Source of the DNA: a bacterium
GTDB lineage: Bacteria > Bacteroidota > Bacteroidia > Bacteroidales > Rikenellaceae
NCBI GenBank assembly: GCA_963658625.1
Contig: CAVKRC010000003.1
Location: 24,352 to 88,351 of the forward strand
Length of the DNA: 64,000 nucleotides
Reading direction: 5' to 3'
The notes beneath the pieces were generated by a model. That model was given only the letters and a program-made list of their open reading frames with translations. It was not told the origin of the DNA and did not search any database. Shown in pieces: positions 37,661 through 47,504 of this stretch. The position numbers and the translations under genes are program-made. The stretch's first letter is position 1. Each line of letters starts with the position of its first letter.

Positions 37661-40108
37661 CTATTGCATTTGTCCTTTGCCGGTGTTGCCGATTTCGGTG
37701 GTGGTGTCGTCCTCCTTGCGGTTGGCAGATTTGACATACAGACCCTGTTTGCCGAAGCGGTAGGTCAGCGAGAGGCGCAGGCTGCGAGCCAACTGCCCGA
37801 ATGCGATGTCGCGACGATAGGTCGGGGTGTCATCGGTCAAACGTCCGCGCATCCACTTGGAGTGGGGATTGTTCACGACGACAGAGAGTTCGAGTTTGTC
37901 TTTGAGAAATTTCTGGTTGATGCCTGCCGCGGTAACGAAAATCCATTTATTGTGGCGCATGGTGCCTGCACCCTGATCGGGCAAAACGGCATAGCCCGAG
38001 AGCGTAAGGCGTGCGCCGCGCCATACGCCTATCACCATATTGAGCGTGTTGTTCATAGCCCAGCAATTCATTCGCAGTCCCATGGCAGGCATAGAGTATT
38101 TGAGCCGAGAACCGCTGGTAGATAACGAAAGGTTGAATTTGGCGGACGGGCGGAACGAGAGCGACAGGTCGCCCATAAACATGCGCATACGGGCGTTGTT
38201 GGCATAGGTCGTGTTGGTCATACCCTCGTTATCGACAAAGGTGTATTGCGAGACGAGGTTATTGGAGAGCATCGATGTCGCGCCGACCGAGATGCTCCAC
38301 TTGTTTGCTGAAAAAGCGTATTTGAGCGAGAGGGTGTGCGACACGCCCGTTTTCAGATTGGGATTGCCATAGTCGCGTTGGAGAACGTCCTCGGTAACGA
38401 ACGGCGACATCGCCCAAATGCCCGGGCGCGAAAGTCGTTCGGTGTAGGAGAACGACAGGGAGTGTCCCTGCTTGGGCATATAGGTGAGCGAGGCATAAGG
38501 AACTACGTTGAAGAGTTTGCTGTCGAAAGCCTTGGCGGTGCCGTTGTCGTTGTTGTCGATGGAGTACCACGCACCCTCCAAGCGACCGCCCGCACGAGCC
38601 GAGAATTTTTCGACGGTGAAGGCATAGCCCGCATAGACGCCAAGAATGTGTTTGGTCAGCACGGTATGCCCGTAACTTCCGTTCGTTTCGGTTGCTGTCG
38701 CGGTAGTCGAGAGCGCACGCTGGCGGTTGAACTCGTAGGAGTATTTCGCGCCCGCCTCGATGGAGTGTTTATCGGTCAGCGGGTTGGCATAATCGGCTTG
38801 GAAAACGTTGTTGAACGAGTTGTTGCGCGAGCGGGTGGAGATGGTCTGCTGCGATATGCCGACCCAATCGGCAAGCGGCAGGTAGGTTTGCCACGAAGCC
38901 TCGGTTACGGGCGGGCAGACGGAGATATTGTCGGAGAGGGTCAGCGTATGCCCCTCGCGCGTGAAAGTATGTTCGTAGTTCACGCCAGCATCTATACCGA
39001 ACCAAGGGTAGGTGTTTTGTTGCGGATTTTCGTAGCCGTAGAGCGGAGCGCGGTCGGTATCGAAATAGCGGGTACTGCCGTCGATGGTGCGGCTGCCCCA
39101 ACGACCGCCCCACACCGAGACCTCGGCGGTGATGAGGTTGAGCGAATCAGCCTGATAACTTGCGCGCACATTGCCGTAGAGCGAATGGTGGTTGTGGCAT
39201 TGCTCGGAGAGGCTGTGCAGGTATTTGTAGCCGTCGAAACCGCCGCGGTTTTCAGCCCACACGTCCTGCGTCTGTCGGGCATCTTTGCCCCACATCTGCG
39301 AATAGTAGAGCCCTGCCGAAAGAGCGAATTTATCCTTCTGAATCGTGAAATTGGCGGAGTTGTTCGTACCCCAGTTGCGGTTGAATTCGTTATTGCCCGA
39401 GAGATTGACGTTGCCGCTGTAACCGTCGAAACGCGCCTTGGCGGTGATGATATTGAGCACGCCGCCCACGCCCTCGGCATCGTATTTCATAGACGGATTG
39501 GTAATGACCTCGATACGTTTGATGCTCGATGCGGGCATACTTTTGATGATGTCGGCGAAGTTACGCGACATAGAGGCGGACGGTTGTCCGTTTACGAGAA
39601 TTTTGTAGTCGCTCTGCCCGTTCATCAGCACCTTGCCCTCGGCGTCCAGCGAGAGTTGCGGCACCTTGCGGATAATATCCTCCAAAGTACTCGATGCTGC
39701 CTGCGGGTCGTCCTCGACCGAATAGGTCAGTTTCTCGGCATCGGCGGTAACGATGGGTTTCTGCACGGCAACGGTAACGGCAGCAACCTCGACACCCGCC
39801 ACGAGCGAGATGTCGCCCAAGTCGTGCGTTGCGCCGTCCGCCTCGACGGTGGCGGTATAGGGAGCATAGCCGACCGAGGTAATCTCGATTGTAATTGTGC
39901 CGTTTTCCTTTACGGTGAGGTCGAACACGCCCTTTTCGGAGGAAGCGACAGCCGCAAGAACCGTATTGTCGCGCATGGCGGCGACGGTGGCATACCCTAC
40001 CGGCTCACCCTTGACGGAGTCCCTGACCGTGCCTTTGACAACGGTCTGTGCCTCGACTGCCGTGCCGCACGCAAGGGCGGCAAATATCAATGCAATGAAT
40101 TTTCTCAT
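37661..40108 (-). CDS. TonB-dependent receptor / outer-membrane beta-barrel protein with N-terminal carboxypeptidase-regulatory-like domain
   Basis: Signal peptide, plug motif IEVITNPSMKYDAEGVGGVLNII, GNPNLK, LTYRFG. Confidence 0.85.
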   Translation of the reverse strand: MRKFIALIFAALACGTAVEAQTVVKGTVRDSVKGEPVGYATVAAMRDNTVLAAVASSEKGVFDLTVKENGTITIEITSVGYAPYTATVEADGATHDLGDISLVAGVEVAAVTVAVQKPIVTADAEKLTYSVEDDPQAASSTLEDIIRKVPQLSLDAEGKVLMNGQSDYKILVNGQPSASMSRNFADIIKSMPASSIKRIEVITNPSMKYDAEGVGGVLNIITAKARFDGYSGNVNLSGNNEFNRNWGTNNSANFTIQKDKFALSAGLYYSQMWGKDARQTQDVWAENRGGFDGYKYLHSLSEQCHNHHSLYGNVRASYQADSLNLITAEVSVWGGRWGSRTIDGSTRYFDTDRAPLYGYENPQQNTYPWFGIDAGVNYEHTFTREGHTLTLSDNISVCPPVTEASWQTYLPLADWVGISQQTISTRSRNNSFNNVFQADYANPLTDKHSIEAGAKYSYEFNRQRALSTTATATETNGSYGHTVLTKHILGVYAGYAFTVEKFSARAGGRLEGAWYSIDNNDNGTAKAFDSKLFNVVPYASLTYMPKQGHSLSFSYTERLSRPGIWAMSPFVTEDVLQRDYGNPNLKTGVSHTLSLKYAFSANKWSISVGATSMLSNNLVSQYTFVDNEGMTNTTYANNARMRMFMGDLSLSFRPSAKFNLSLSTSGSRLKYSMPAMGLRMNCWAMNNTLNMVIGVWRGARLTLSGYAVLPDQGAGTMRHNKWIFVTAAGINQKFLKDKLELSVVVNNPHSKWMRGRLTDDTPTYRRDIAFGQLARSLRLSLTYRFGKQGLYVKSANRKEDDTTTEIGNTGKGQMQ

Positions 40109-40232
40109 ATCAGTTTTGTCTTTATTCGTTTGAGAGTTCCATATCTTTCACGGCACAAATATATACAAAACTTTTTATACTCTGCATCGCATAGTAGTTT
40201 TTTTTTAAGAAATCTTTGCGGGGATATATACG

Positions 40233-40264
40233 TTATATGGCAGATACGTTTATCTGCCATATAA
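40233..40264. other. Perfect 14-bp-arm hairpin just downstream of the deacetylase gene (terminator-like, no clear U-tract)
   Basis: TTATATGGCAGATA-cgtt-TATCTGCCATATAA. Confidence 0.55.
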
Positions 40265-40267
40265 TCG

Positions 40268-40876
40268 CTATAATTCGATGATTTTGCATTTCAGCCCCAT
40301 ATCGCTTATCTTTTCCAGCGTTCGCGGCAGGGCGTAACTCATATTCTTGAACGACTTTTCGCTGTCGTGGAAAACCACGATGGAACCCGGCGCGAGGTAG
40401 TCGGTAACGTTGCGCAGGCAACTTTGAGGCGAAAGCGAGCGGTTGTAGTCGCGCGAGACGATGTCCCACATAACGATTTTGTAGCGTTTGGCGACGGCGC
40501 GCATCTGCGACGGCGTAACGCGGGCGTAGGGCGGACGGAAAAGTTCGGAGTGGATAATGTCGCCAGCGAAATCGACGTCCTCCAAATAGCGTTCGAGCGG
40601 CATACCCCACCCCTTCTGGTGGGAATAGGTATGGTTGCCGACCTTGTGTCCGGCATCTATGATTTTTTTATAGAGGTCGGGGTAGAGTTCGACATTCTTG
40701 CCGAGTACGAAAAACGTAGCCTTGGCATTGTATTTTTCGAGCGTGGCGAGAATCCACTCGGTGATGCCGGGAGTGGGTCCGTCGTCGAAAGTAAGGAATA
40801 CCCCGTTATCGTCCTTAATCTCCCAAATCAGGTCGGGCATCATACGGCGAATGAACTTCGGTGGTTTTATTCTCAT
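40268..40876 (-). CDS. Polysaccharide deacetylase (CE4/NodB)
   Basis: LTFDDGP, ATFF, GNHTYSH, FRPPY, IVVFHD. Confidence 0.92.
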   Translation of the reverse strand: MRIKPPKFIRRMMPDLIWEIKDDNGVFLTFDDGPTPGITEWILATLEKYNAKATFFVLGKNVELYPDLYKKIIDAGHKVGNHTYSHQKGWGMPLERYLEDVDFAGDIIHSELFRPPYARVTPSQMRAVAKRYKIVMWDIVSRDYNRSLSPQSCLRNVTDYLAPGSIVVFHDSEKSFKNMSYALPRTLEKISDMGLKCKIIEL

Positions 40877-40989
40877 GGTCGAGATGTGTTAAACGGTACA
40901 AATGTAGGGAAATTTTGGTAATTGTATAAAATGTGCATAATTTTGCAAGGTTCGCGAACGTTTGTATGCGAACAAACAGAGTGGATATT

Positions 40990-42036
40990 ATGAGACATTT
41001 TACACGCATAGCGATTTTGGTCGGCATAGCGGCTTTGGCAGTCGGCTGCCGCAGTTTCAACACGCTGTCGAACGGCGGCAAAAAGACGTCGCAGGGGTCG
41101 CCCTACGAGGTATTGGTCGTATGTCAGGCTCCCGAATGGGAAGGCGCGACGGGCAAGGCGTTGCGCGAATTGTTGGAGCGACCGGTCGAGATGATAAACC
41201 AAAACGAGCCGATGTTCAACGTGATGCGCGTAACGTACAACGATTTCAAAAATATGTTGCCGCTGCATCGCAATATATTGAAGGTGGTCGTCTCGCCGAA
41301 AGTCAAACAGGCGTCGATTGCCGTGCAGTACGATGTGGAGGCGGCTCCGCAGATAGTGCTGACGTTGCAGGGCAAATCGCAAAAGGCGATAACCGACTAT
41401 CTTGCCGAGAACGGCGAAAATCTGCTCTATGTGCTTGAAATGGCGGAGCGCGACCGCACCGTCCGTTTTGCCGAGAAGCACAATGTCAAATCGCTCGGCG
41501 AGATTATAAAAAACGTGTTCGGCGTGGATATGAATGTGCCGCAAGGGTATGAGTTGCGCGCGCAGAGCGACAATTTCCTGTGGGCGTCATACGAATTTCC
41601 GATGTCGAGTCAGGGATTTTTCATCTACTCCTATCCGTATCACGGCAAAGGCTCGCTCTCGGTCGATGAGTTGGTGCGTATGCGCGACAATTTCGCGGCG
41701 CGGATTCCGGGACCGTCGGCAGGTTCGTATATGACCACGGTCGATAAGTTGCCCGATGCCGAAGCGAAGGAATATCTGCCGTTCAAGCCCGATTACAAGG
41801 CTGTGAAAATCGGCGACCGCGTATGGATAGAGATGCGCGGGCTGTGGGAGGTGGAGAATGATTTTATGGGCGGTCCGTTCGTAAGTTACACTACCATAGA
41901 CGAGCAGCGGGGGCGTGTGCTGACACTCGACTGCTATGTCTATTCGCCCAAATACGGCAAGCGCAATTTCCTGCGGGCGGTGGAGCATTTGGTCTATCTG
42001 ATTGATATTCCGCAGGCTGAAAAGAGTGCGGAATAG
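40990..42036 (+). CDS. Conserved Bacteroidota lipoprotein (DUF4837-like)
   Basis: Start MRHFTR, lipobox AVGC; QNEPMF, IPGP, EMRGLW..NDFMGGPFVSY, YVYSP..KRN. Confidence 0.75.
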   Translation: MRHFTRIAILVGIAALAVGCRSFNTLSNGGKKTSQGSPYEVLVVCQAPEWEGATGKALRELLERPVEMINQNEPMFNVMRVTYNDFKNMLPLHRNILKVVVSPKVKQASIAVQYDVEAAPQIVLTLQGKSQKAITDYLAENGENLLYVLEMAERDRTVRFAEKHNVKSLGEIIKNVFGVDMNVPQGYELRAQSDNFLWASYEFPMSSQGFFIYSYPYHGKGSLSVDELVRMRDNFAARIPGPSAGSYMTTVDKLPDAEAKEYLPFKPDYKAVKIGDRVWIEMRGLWEVENDFMGGPFVSYTTIDEQRGRVLTLDCYVYSPKYGKRNFLRAVEHLVYLIDIPQAEKSAE

Positions 42037-42076
42037 AGCGTTCGGGCAAGGGAACGGCACTTTTTGTCGGGAAAAA

Positions 42077-42108
42077 TTTGGTTATCCGATTTTAATTGCC
42101 TACCTTTG
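42077..42108 (+). promoter_or_regulatory. Primary-sigma promoter of greA
   Basis: TTTG, 20 nt, TACCTTTG. Confidence 0.7.
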
Positions 42109-42177
42109 TTGAAGCAAGTGAAATTTTAGGGTTCCGATTCGAAAGGTTGGGATTCTTTTTATTTTTATGTTTTTATT

Positions 42178-42654
42178 ATGGCAAAAGAGACTATTTATCT
42201 TACGGCGGAAGGTTACAAAAAATTGAAGGCCGAACTCGATCATATGCGTTCGGTCGAACGTCCGAACATTTCGGCTGCCATCGCCGAGGCACGCGACAAA
42301 GGCGATTTGTCGGAGAATGCGGAGTATGACGCTGCGCGCGAGGCGCAGGGAATGCTCGAAATGCGCATTGCGCAGATGGAGGATACGCTGGCGCATGCGC
42401 GCGTCATCGACGAAACCAAAATCGACAAGAGCAAGGTGCAGATTCTGAGCAAGGTTACGCTGTTGAATCACAACAACAACCGCGAGGTGGTCTATACCAT
42501 CGTCGCCGAGCATGAGGCTAACCTGCGCGAGGGCAAACTCGCCATCGGCACCCCGATTGCCAAGGCATTGCTCGGCAAAAAGAAGGGCGACATCGTGGAG
42601 GTAACGGTGCCTGCGGGCGTTATCAAGTTCGAGATTTTGGACATTTCGATATAG
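42178..42654 (+). CDS. greA: Transcription elongation factor GreA
   Basis: EARDKGDLSENAEYDAARE, TPIAKALLG. Confidence 0.97.
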   Translation: MAKETIYLTAEGYKKLKAELDHMRSVERPNISAAIAEARDKGDLSENAEYDAAREAQGMLEMRIAQMEDTLAHARVIDETKIDKSKVQILSKVTLLNHNNNREVVYTIVAEHEANLREGKLAIGTPIAKALLGKKKGDIVEVTVPAGVIKFEILDISI

Positions 42655-42670
42655 TATTTCTTACTTAATA

Positions 42671-42709
42671 AAGGCAAGGGCAATCGAATCGATCGGTTGC
42701 CCTTGTTTT
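42671..42709 (+). terminator. Terminator of greA
   Basis: GCAAGGGCAATCGA / TCGGTTGCCCTTGT followed by a T-run. Confidence 0.8.
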
Positions 42710-42751
42710 ATTGTCGGCGCACTACCCCACCGCACGCCGGTTGCGGCACAT

Positions 42752-42789
42752 AAAAAATGTTGGCAGGAACCCGATAGTTTCTGCCAACG
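42752..42789 (-). terminator. Terminator of the susC-susD-lipoprotein-S8-lipocalin operon
   Basis: A6 plus GTTGGCAGGAAC / GTTTCTGCCAAC. Confidence 0.8.
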
Positions 42790-42810
42790 ATTATTAAAGG
42801 ATTCGCTCGG

Positions 42811-43326
42811 TTAGAGGAATCGAACGACTGCGGAATCGGCTTGCGTTCTGCTGTCGAAAGCGGAGTCGGTCAGCACCTCCATCGGAAGAGTCTCCTCGCG
42901 AGTATAAACCGTGCGGTCGGAGGCTGCATTGTCGTTGGTGAGCGTCATCTGCGAAGCGTCGGCGTTGAGTTCGAGGCTGTATGTGTTTTTGAAAGCCTCG
43001 CCGTCGGCGTACACGCCCGAAAGCGTATAGACATTCGCGGTTGCCGTGTCGGTAAGGAGGAAATTACCCTCGAATTTCACATAGCGGATATTGTTCAGAC
43101 CTTTTTGGAAAAGTATGAACTTGCCGCTCTTGTAGAATTTGATATAGACGTCCACGCCCGAATCGTTAGGATTTTCGAGGTCGAAATAGGAGGTCAGATG
43201 CCAATTGCCGTCGATGGTTTTATAAATCTGGGCAGGCTCGGGATTGACTGTCGTCTTATTTTTGTCGCAGGCTGTCAAACCGACAAGTGCGACAAGAACC
43301 GATGCTATGATTGCCAATTTCTTCAT
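42811..43326 (-). CDS. Small lipocalin-like lipoprotein (copy 1)
   Basis: Start MKKLAII, lipobox LTAC; IDGNWHL (lipocalin G-x-W), GKF, LSGVYADG; ends ...RFL. Confidence 0.75.
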   Translation of the reverse strand: MKKLAIIASVLVALVGLTACDKNKTTVNPEPAQIYKTIDGNWHLTSYFDLENPNDSGVDVYIKFYKSGKFILFQKGLNNIRYVKFEGNFLLTDTATANVYTLSGVYADGEAFKNTYSLELNADASQMTLTNDNAASDRTVYTREETLPMEVLTDSAFDSRTQADSAVVRFL

Positions 43327-43345
43327 AATCATTTCCTTTCTTAAA

Positions 43346-45313
43346 TTATAACCAACCATCGTTGCCCGAGAAACCGCGAGCCACAATTACAAACTCTTTC
43401 GACATCTCCAATCCGCCCATATTGCTCTCGGAGCCGATGGTGTTGCCGCCACCGATAAATTTCACGATAACGTGTCCCGTACCGGCTTTTGTGCACTTGA
43501 TGACGAGTTCGCCCGTATCCTTGTGAATCGAGACATTGCCCTCGACACCGAGTTTCGCCTTATCCTCGTCGGTCATCGAGACGCTGAGGAAGGTCATATC
43601 GGCAGCACCGCCACCGACAATCGCTTTGAGCGAAACGTACTGTTTTTTGCCGACCTGAACAGGAACGCAAGGCGTACCCTTGATGTTCATCAGCACCTGA
43701 TAGGCGTCGGTAAGACCCGTACCCATATTACCGTAATACTTGCTGTCGGTATAGTATTTGTCGATACCGTTTACCGAGGTGAGCAGGATATTGTAGAACT
43801 CATCGCGAGTAAAGTGCTTGCCCAACTTATAGGCGTACGACAGACCGAGAGCGGCAACACCCGAAACGTGAGGGCAAGCCATCGACGTTCCCTGATAGAA
43901 GCCGTATTCGTTGTTGTTTACGGTCGAGAGAATTTGCGAACGCGTACCGCCCTGACGAGCCGAACCGCCCGGAGCCGCGATATTGGTACCCTGACCGAAA
44001 TCGGTATAGTAGGCAGGAGTGTAGTCGCAGGTAACAGCCGTTACGGAGATACACTTGCGGTAGCCGCCCGGATAGCTCGGAGTGTTGGAACCCGAGTTGC
44101 CCGCAGCGAAAATCGCGATACCGCCATCGACCACGCCGCAACCGCCGTTTTCAGCCTTGCCGCCATTGACAAGGAAGTAGTCGATTGCCTCGCGCTCGAC
44201 GCTATGGTATTTGTCGTATGCGGCATCGGACGAGAATGCGCCCGCACGATAACCAAAACTGCATTGGAGAATCGACGCGCCGTTGTCGGCTGCGTATTTG
44301 ATCGCCTTTGCCGTTACATCGGCAGGGCTGTCCTCGTCGTTGTAGAAAATCTGGCACGACATAATCTTGACGCCGTCCTTGTTGCCCGTACCGCCTGCGA
44401 TACCGCACACGCCTACGCCGTTGTTATTGACGGCAGCGATGGTACCCGCAACGTGGGTTCCGTGTTCGGCAGAGTCGCCGTTGGAACTTACGGTGAGCGG
44501 ACCGTCGGCTACGAAATTGTAACCGTGAATGTCATCGGCATAGCCGTTGCCGTCGTTGTCGATGCCGTCGCCTGCGATTTCAGCCTTGTTCACCCACATA
44601 TTGTCGGCAAGATCGACGTGCGTCCAATCGACACAGTCATCGACCACAGCCACGATAACGTGAGGGTCGCCTGCGCAGACTTTCCAAGCCTCGCCGCAGT
44701 TCACATCGGCACCTGCACGAATGCCCGAATAGACGCCCATATCACCGACGTTGATGTAGTGCCACTGCTCCGAAAGGCGCGGGTCGTTGAATATAGCCGT
44801 TGCGGAGGTTGCATCGGCAGGAGCCATAACATCCGTAAGCGGAATAACCTTACCGTCGCTGAAACGCTCCATCTTCTGGTTGAACTCTACCGACTTGACC
44901 TCTGCGACCTTAGCCATTTCGACTGCGGCATTGTCGAGATCGACATTGTCGGCGAACGAGACCTTGTACCAACGGTGAAGACCTGCCTTGCGGGTAGCCT
45001 CCTCGTTGCGCGGATCGACAGGGAAGAGTCGCTTAATCGACTTGACATTTATATTGTCGAGCACCGCATCGAATGCGTCGATACCCGAACGGGTGGATAC
45101 GGAACGCGAAACGGCGGTCTCGATTTTCTCGATTGCATCATCGTCGAACTTGACCAGCAACTCGCCTTGGCGGGCGTTCTCGGAAGAGAAGACCAGTTTG
45201 GTGGCAACCTCCCCCGCTGCGTCGTCGGCAATCGCTATCGTCTGCTCGCCTGCGTCTTTCGCGCAAGAGAAGCACAACGCCATCGATAATCCGATTAAAA
45301 GAAATCTTTTCAT
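43346..45313 (-). CDS. S8 subtilisin-family serine peptidase, lipoprotein (copy 1)
   Basis: Lipobox FSC; prodomain GELLVKF/GLHRWY; triad VAVVD, HGTHVAG, GTSMACPHVSG; oxyanion FAAGN; ends GWL. Confidence 0.93.
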   Translation of the reverse strand: MKRFLLIGLSMALCFSCAKDAGEQTIAIADDAAGEVATKLVFSSENARQGELLVKFDDDAIEKIETAVSRSVSTRSGIDAFDAVLDNINVKSIKRLFPVDPRNEEATRKAGLHRWYKVSFADNVDLDNAAVEMAKVAEVKSVEFNQKMERFSDGKVIPLTDVMAPADATSATAIFNDPRLSEQWHYINVGDMGVYSGIRAGADVNCGEAWKVCAGDPHVIVAVVDDCVDWTHVDLADNMWVNKAEIAGDGIDNDGNGYADDIHGYNFVADGPLTVSSNGDSAEHGTHVAGTIAAVNNNGVGVCGIAGGTGNKDGVKIMSCQIFYNDEDSPADVTAKAIKYAADNGASILQCSFGYRAGAFSSDAAYDKYHSVEREAIDYFLVNGGKAENGGCGVVDGGIAIFAAGNSGSNTPSYPGGYRKCISVTAVTCDYTPAYYTDFGQGTNIAAPGGSARQGGTRSQILSTVNNNEYGFYQGTSMACPHVSGVAALGLSYAYKLGKHFTRDEFYNILLTSVNGIDKYYTDSKYYGNMGTGLTDAYQVLMNIKGTPCVPVQVGKKQYVSLKAIVGGGAADMTFLSVSMTDEDKAKLGVEGNVSIHKDTGELVIKCTKAGTGHVIVKFIGGGNTIGSESNMGGLEMSKEFVIVARGFSGNDGWL

Positions 45314-45353
45314 ACGTTTATCTGTTTTTTATTTTTTCAACTCATTCATCATC

Positions 45354-45438
45354 GGCATCTTGCCATCGGCGACCCGCGTTCGGGTCGTTCGGGCGTCGAA
45401 TACCCTGAGGCATTCGACACCCCGATGACACATATGCC
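45354..45438 (-). other. Intra-operonic structured RNA (three-way junction)
   Basis: Minus strand: closing stem UGUCAUCGG/CCGAUGGCA encloses hairpins GGGUGUCGAAUGCC/GGUAUUCGACGCCC and CGACCCG/CGGGUCG; mismatches are G.U on this strand. Confidence 0.6.
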
Positions 45439-45441
45439 TGT

Positions 45442-47466
45442 TTACAATTTCTCGCGAATTACCAATTTTTTGAAATTCTGCAACGGTTTCAGGTCGGCAT
45501 TGCGAACCGGACGCTTCTCGACGGACATAGCAGTTTTGTTGCCTGCCATAATCGAAATAGGTTTCTTCGCTACCTTGAAATCGGTAACCGAACTGAACGG
45601 AACCTTCATACCGTGAACCTTTACCGAACTTGTCTCTGCGCTGTCGTCGCTCGGAGCCGTAGTTTCGGCAACGGCAGTACCCGCAGGGTAATAGCCGAGG
45701 TAACCGTACAACTGAGGTTCTGTGCCACCGACATAGTAAACAGGGACATAGAGGTTGGTCTTCAACGATGCGACACTGCCTGCCTCGTCGATTGCGAATA
45801 CGCACGGGTCCGTACCATTGCTCTGCTCGTTAGTAGGGTCTATCGACACAACCGTATAGATATATTTCTGTGCATCGTCGAGTGCATCGAGAGCCTGTCC
45901 GAATGCGCAAACCTTATTGCCATAGTCGTCCTCCTCGGCTCCGACCACACAGCCCGGAATGGAGAGCGTGGAGGTCGCCTCGTCGTAAGCGGCGTGCCAG
46001 ATAAGACCGTTCTCCAAGCCCAAATTCTTGACATAGTAGAGCGGAGTCTCTTCGCCCGTGCTGCTGTTGGTTATTATATTGGTTTCGAGACTGAACGTTA
46101 CCTCGAACGGCTCCTCTTCACCTTCGACAAGGTGGGACATCTTGTAGTATGTGCCTGCCTCGCCAGTAGTATATTGAGCCACGAACTCGCCCGTTTCGCC
46201 ACGATCGTTCTCAGCCTTGGCATACAGCGTGTAGGAGGTATCGGGATCGAGACCCCACGAAATGCTTGCGAACCAACCGCCGGTACTCTGGTCATCGCTG
46301 TTCAGACGCTCCAAAAGCGTCATCGAGCCGAGCGAAGTATCGCCGGAGATACCGTAGTTATCGACATAGTCGTTGAGCGTCATTCCGAGTTCGCTCTCCG
46401 GATAGTCGTACGACTCGGTCGGGATAATCACGAACTTGATGGATTTGAGGTTGCGGCTCGGTGCCGTAATCTGCCAACCCATAGCGTAGGATTCAGGGAA
46501 CGAAGATACCGTACCCGAGTCAATAGGTTTGCTCGTGCTGACGAATCGCGTAGGCGAGAGCAACAGCAACGAGAGTTCGCAACCGAACGAACCGCCCTTG
46601 AAGATGAATTTCTCATCGAGAGGATTGGTTCCGAAGCCCGTAGCGATGTCCATATACATCAGGTTGAGATGGAACAACTTGTTGTCCGGATTATAGTACG
46701 ACTGCGTATAGCCCGCCGATTCGAGAAGTTCCCAATCGTAATCCTCGCCGAAATAATCCTTATAGAAGTTACGGAAATCCATAACGTCAAGGTTGTAACC
46801 CTGAATGCTTACACCCGACGGCTGTCTGGCGATGTCGCATTTGTTGGTATCGGGATCCCAAGTGAAGACGAGGTCGGCACCCGTGCCGATGAAATTGACG
46901 ATTTTGTAATCATTGGAGTTCTCCTTTTGCATAACTGTAACGCCTGCAAATTTTGCGTCCATAAGTTCGGAGGAGAATGTACCCGTCATCACCTCGACCC
47001 AGTGAGCACGCATAACCTCGATTTGGAATTGAGGATTGTGCTTGGTCGGACTGACGCCCGAATAGAGCGGTGCATATTTGGCATCTTCGACGATGAGTTT
47101 CAGAGCGTACTGCACGCCCAATTCAGCCTTGTCGGTCAAGGTTACGGTGAAAGTGGTCTCCTTTTCGCCATCGGCAAAGACGATAGGCGAAACGACGAAC
47201 ACATCGTCCGTGTTCTCAGCCAAAACGACCGGCACGGTGATTTCATCGTCGGCATTGGTACGGCGAGCCTTGTAGGTATAGGTCTTCGGAAGCGTCTCCT
47301 CGGGAGCAACTTCCAAATCGCCCGTATTGTCCTGCTCGGGGAAATAGACGTTGTAGCAATCCGCCACATCGCCCTCGGTAACGGTCGCAGAGTCCTTGGC
47401 ACACGAAGCCGCGAACATAACCGCCACAACAGGGACTGCGTATATGATTTTTTTCAGAATGTTCAT
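45442..47466 (-). CDS. Surface lipoprotein in the SusE/F position, unknown ligand
   Basis: Lipobox AASC followed by an acidic export signal; YNVYF, V..F.DG Ig-like segment; directly downstream of susD. Confidence 0.75.
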   Translation of the reverse strand: MNILKKIIYAVPVVAVMFAASCAKDSATVTEGDVADCYNVYFPEQDNTGDLEVAPEETLPKTYTYKARRTNADDEITVPVVLAENTDDVFVVSPIVFADGEKETTFTVTLTDKAELGVQYALKLIVEDAKYAPLYSGVSPTKHNPQFQIEVMRAHWVEVMTGTFSSELMDAKFAGVTVMQKENSNDYKIVNFIGTGADLVFTWDPDTNKCDIARQPSGVSIQGYNLDVMDFRNFYKDYFGEDYDWELLESAGYTQSYYNPDNKLFHLNLMYMDIATGFGTNPLDEKFIFKGGSFGCELSLLLLSPTRFVSTSKPIDSGTVSSFPESYAMGWQITAPSRNLKSIKFVIIPTESYDYPESELGMTLNDYVDNYGISGDTSLGSMTLLERLNSDDQSTGGWFASISWGLDPDTSYTLYAKAENDRGETGEFVAQYTTGEAGTYYKMSHLVEGEEEPFEVTFSLETNIITNSSTGEETPLYYVKNLGLENGLIWHAAYDEATSTLSIPGCVVGAEEDDYGNKVCAFGQALDALDDAQKYIYTVVSIDPTNEQSNGTDPCVFAIDEAGSVASLKTNLYVPVYYVGGTEPQLYGYLGYYPAGTAVAETTAPSDDSAETSSVKVHGMKVPFSSVTDFKVAKKPISIMAGNKTAMSVEKRPVRNADLKPLQNFKKLVIREKL

Positions 47467-47504
47467 AATGTACTCTTTTTTAACGTTTCTAATTCACTCC
47501 GCTG

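Noticed and set aside
42050..42070. Sigma-54 promoter-like GGCAC-T-tract upstream of greA
   Set aside because: It lacks the -12 GC at correct spacing, and a canonical primary-sigma promoter explains the region
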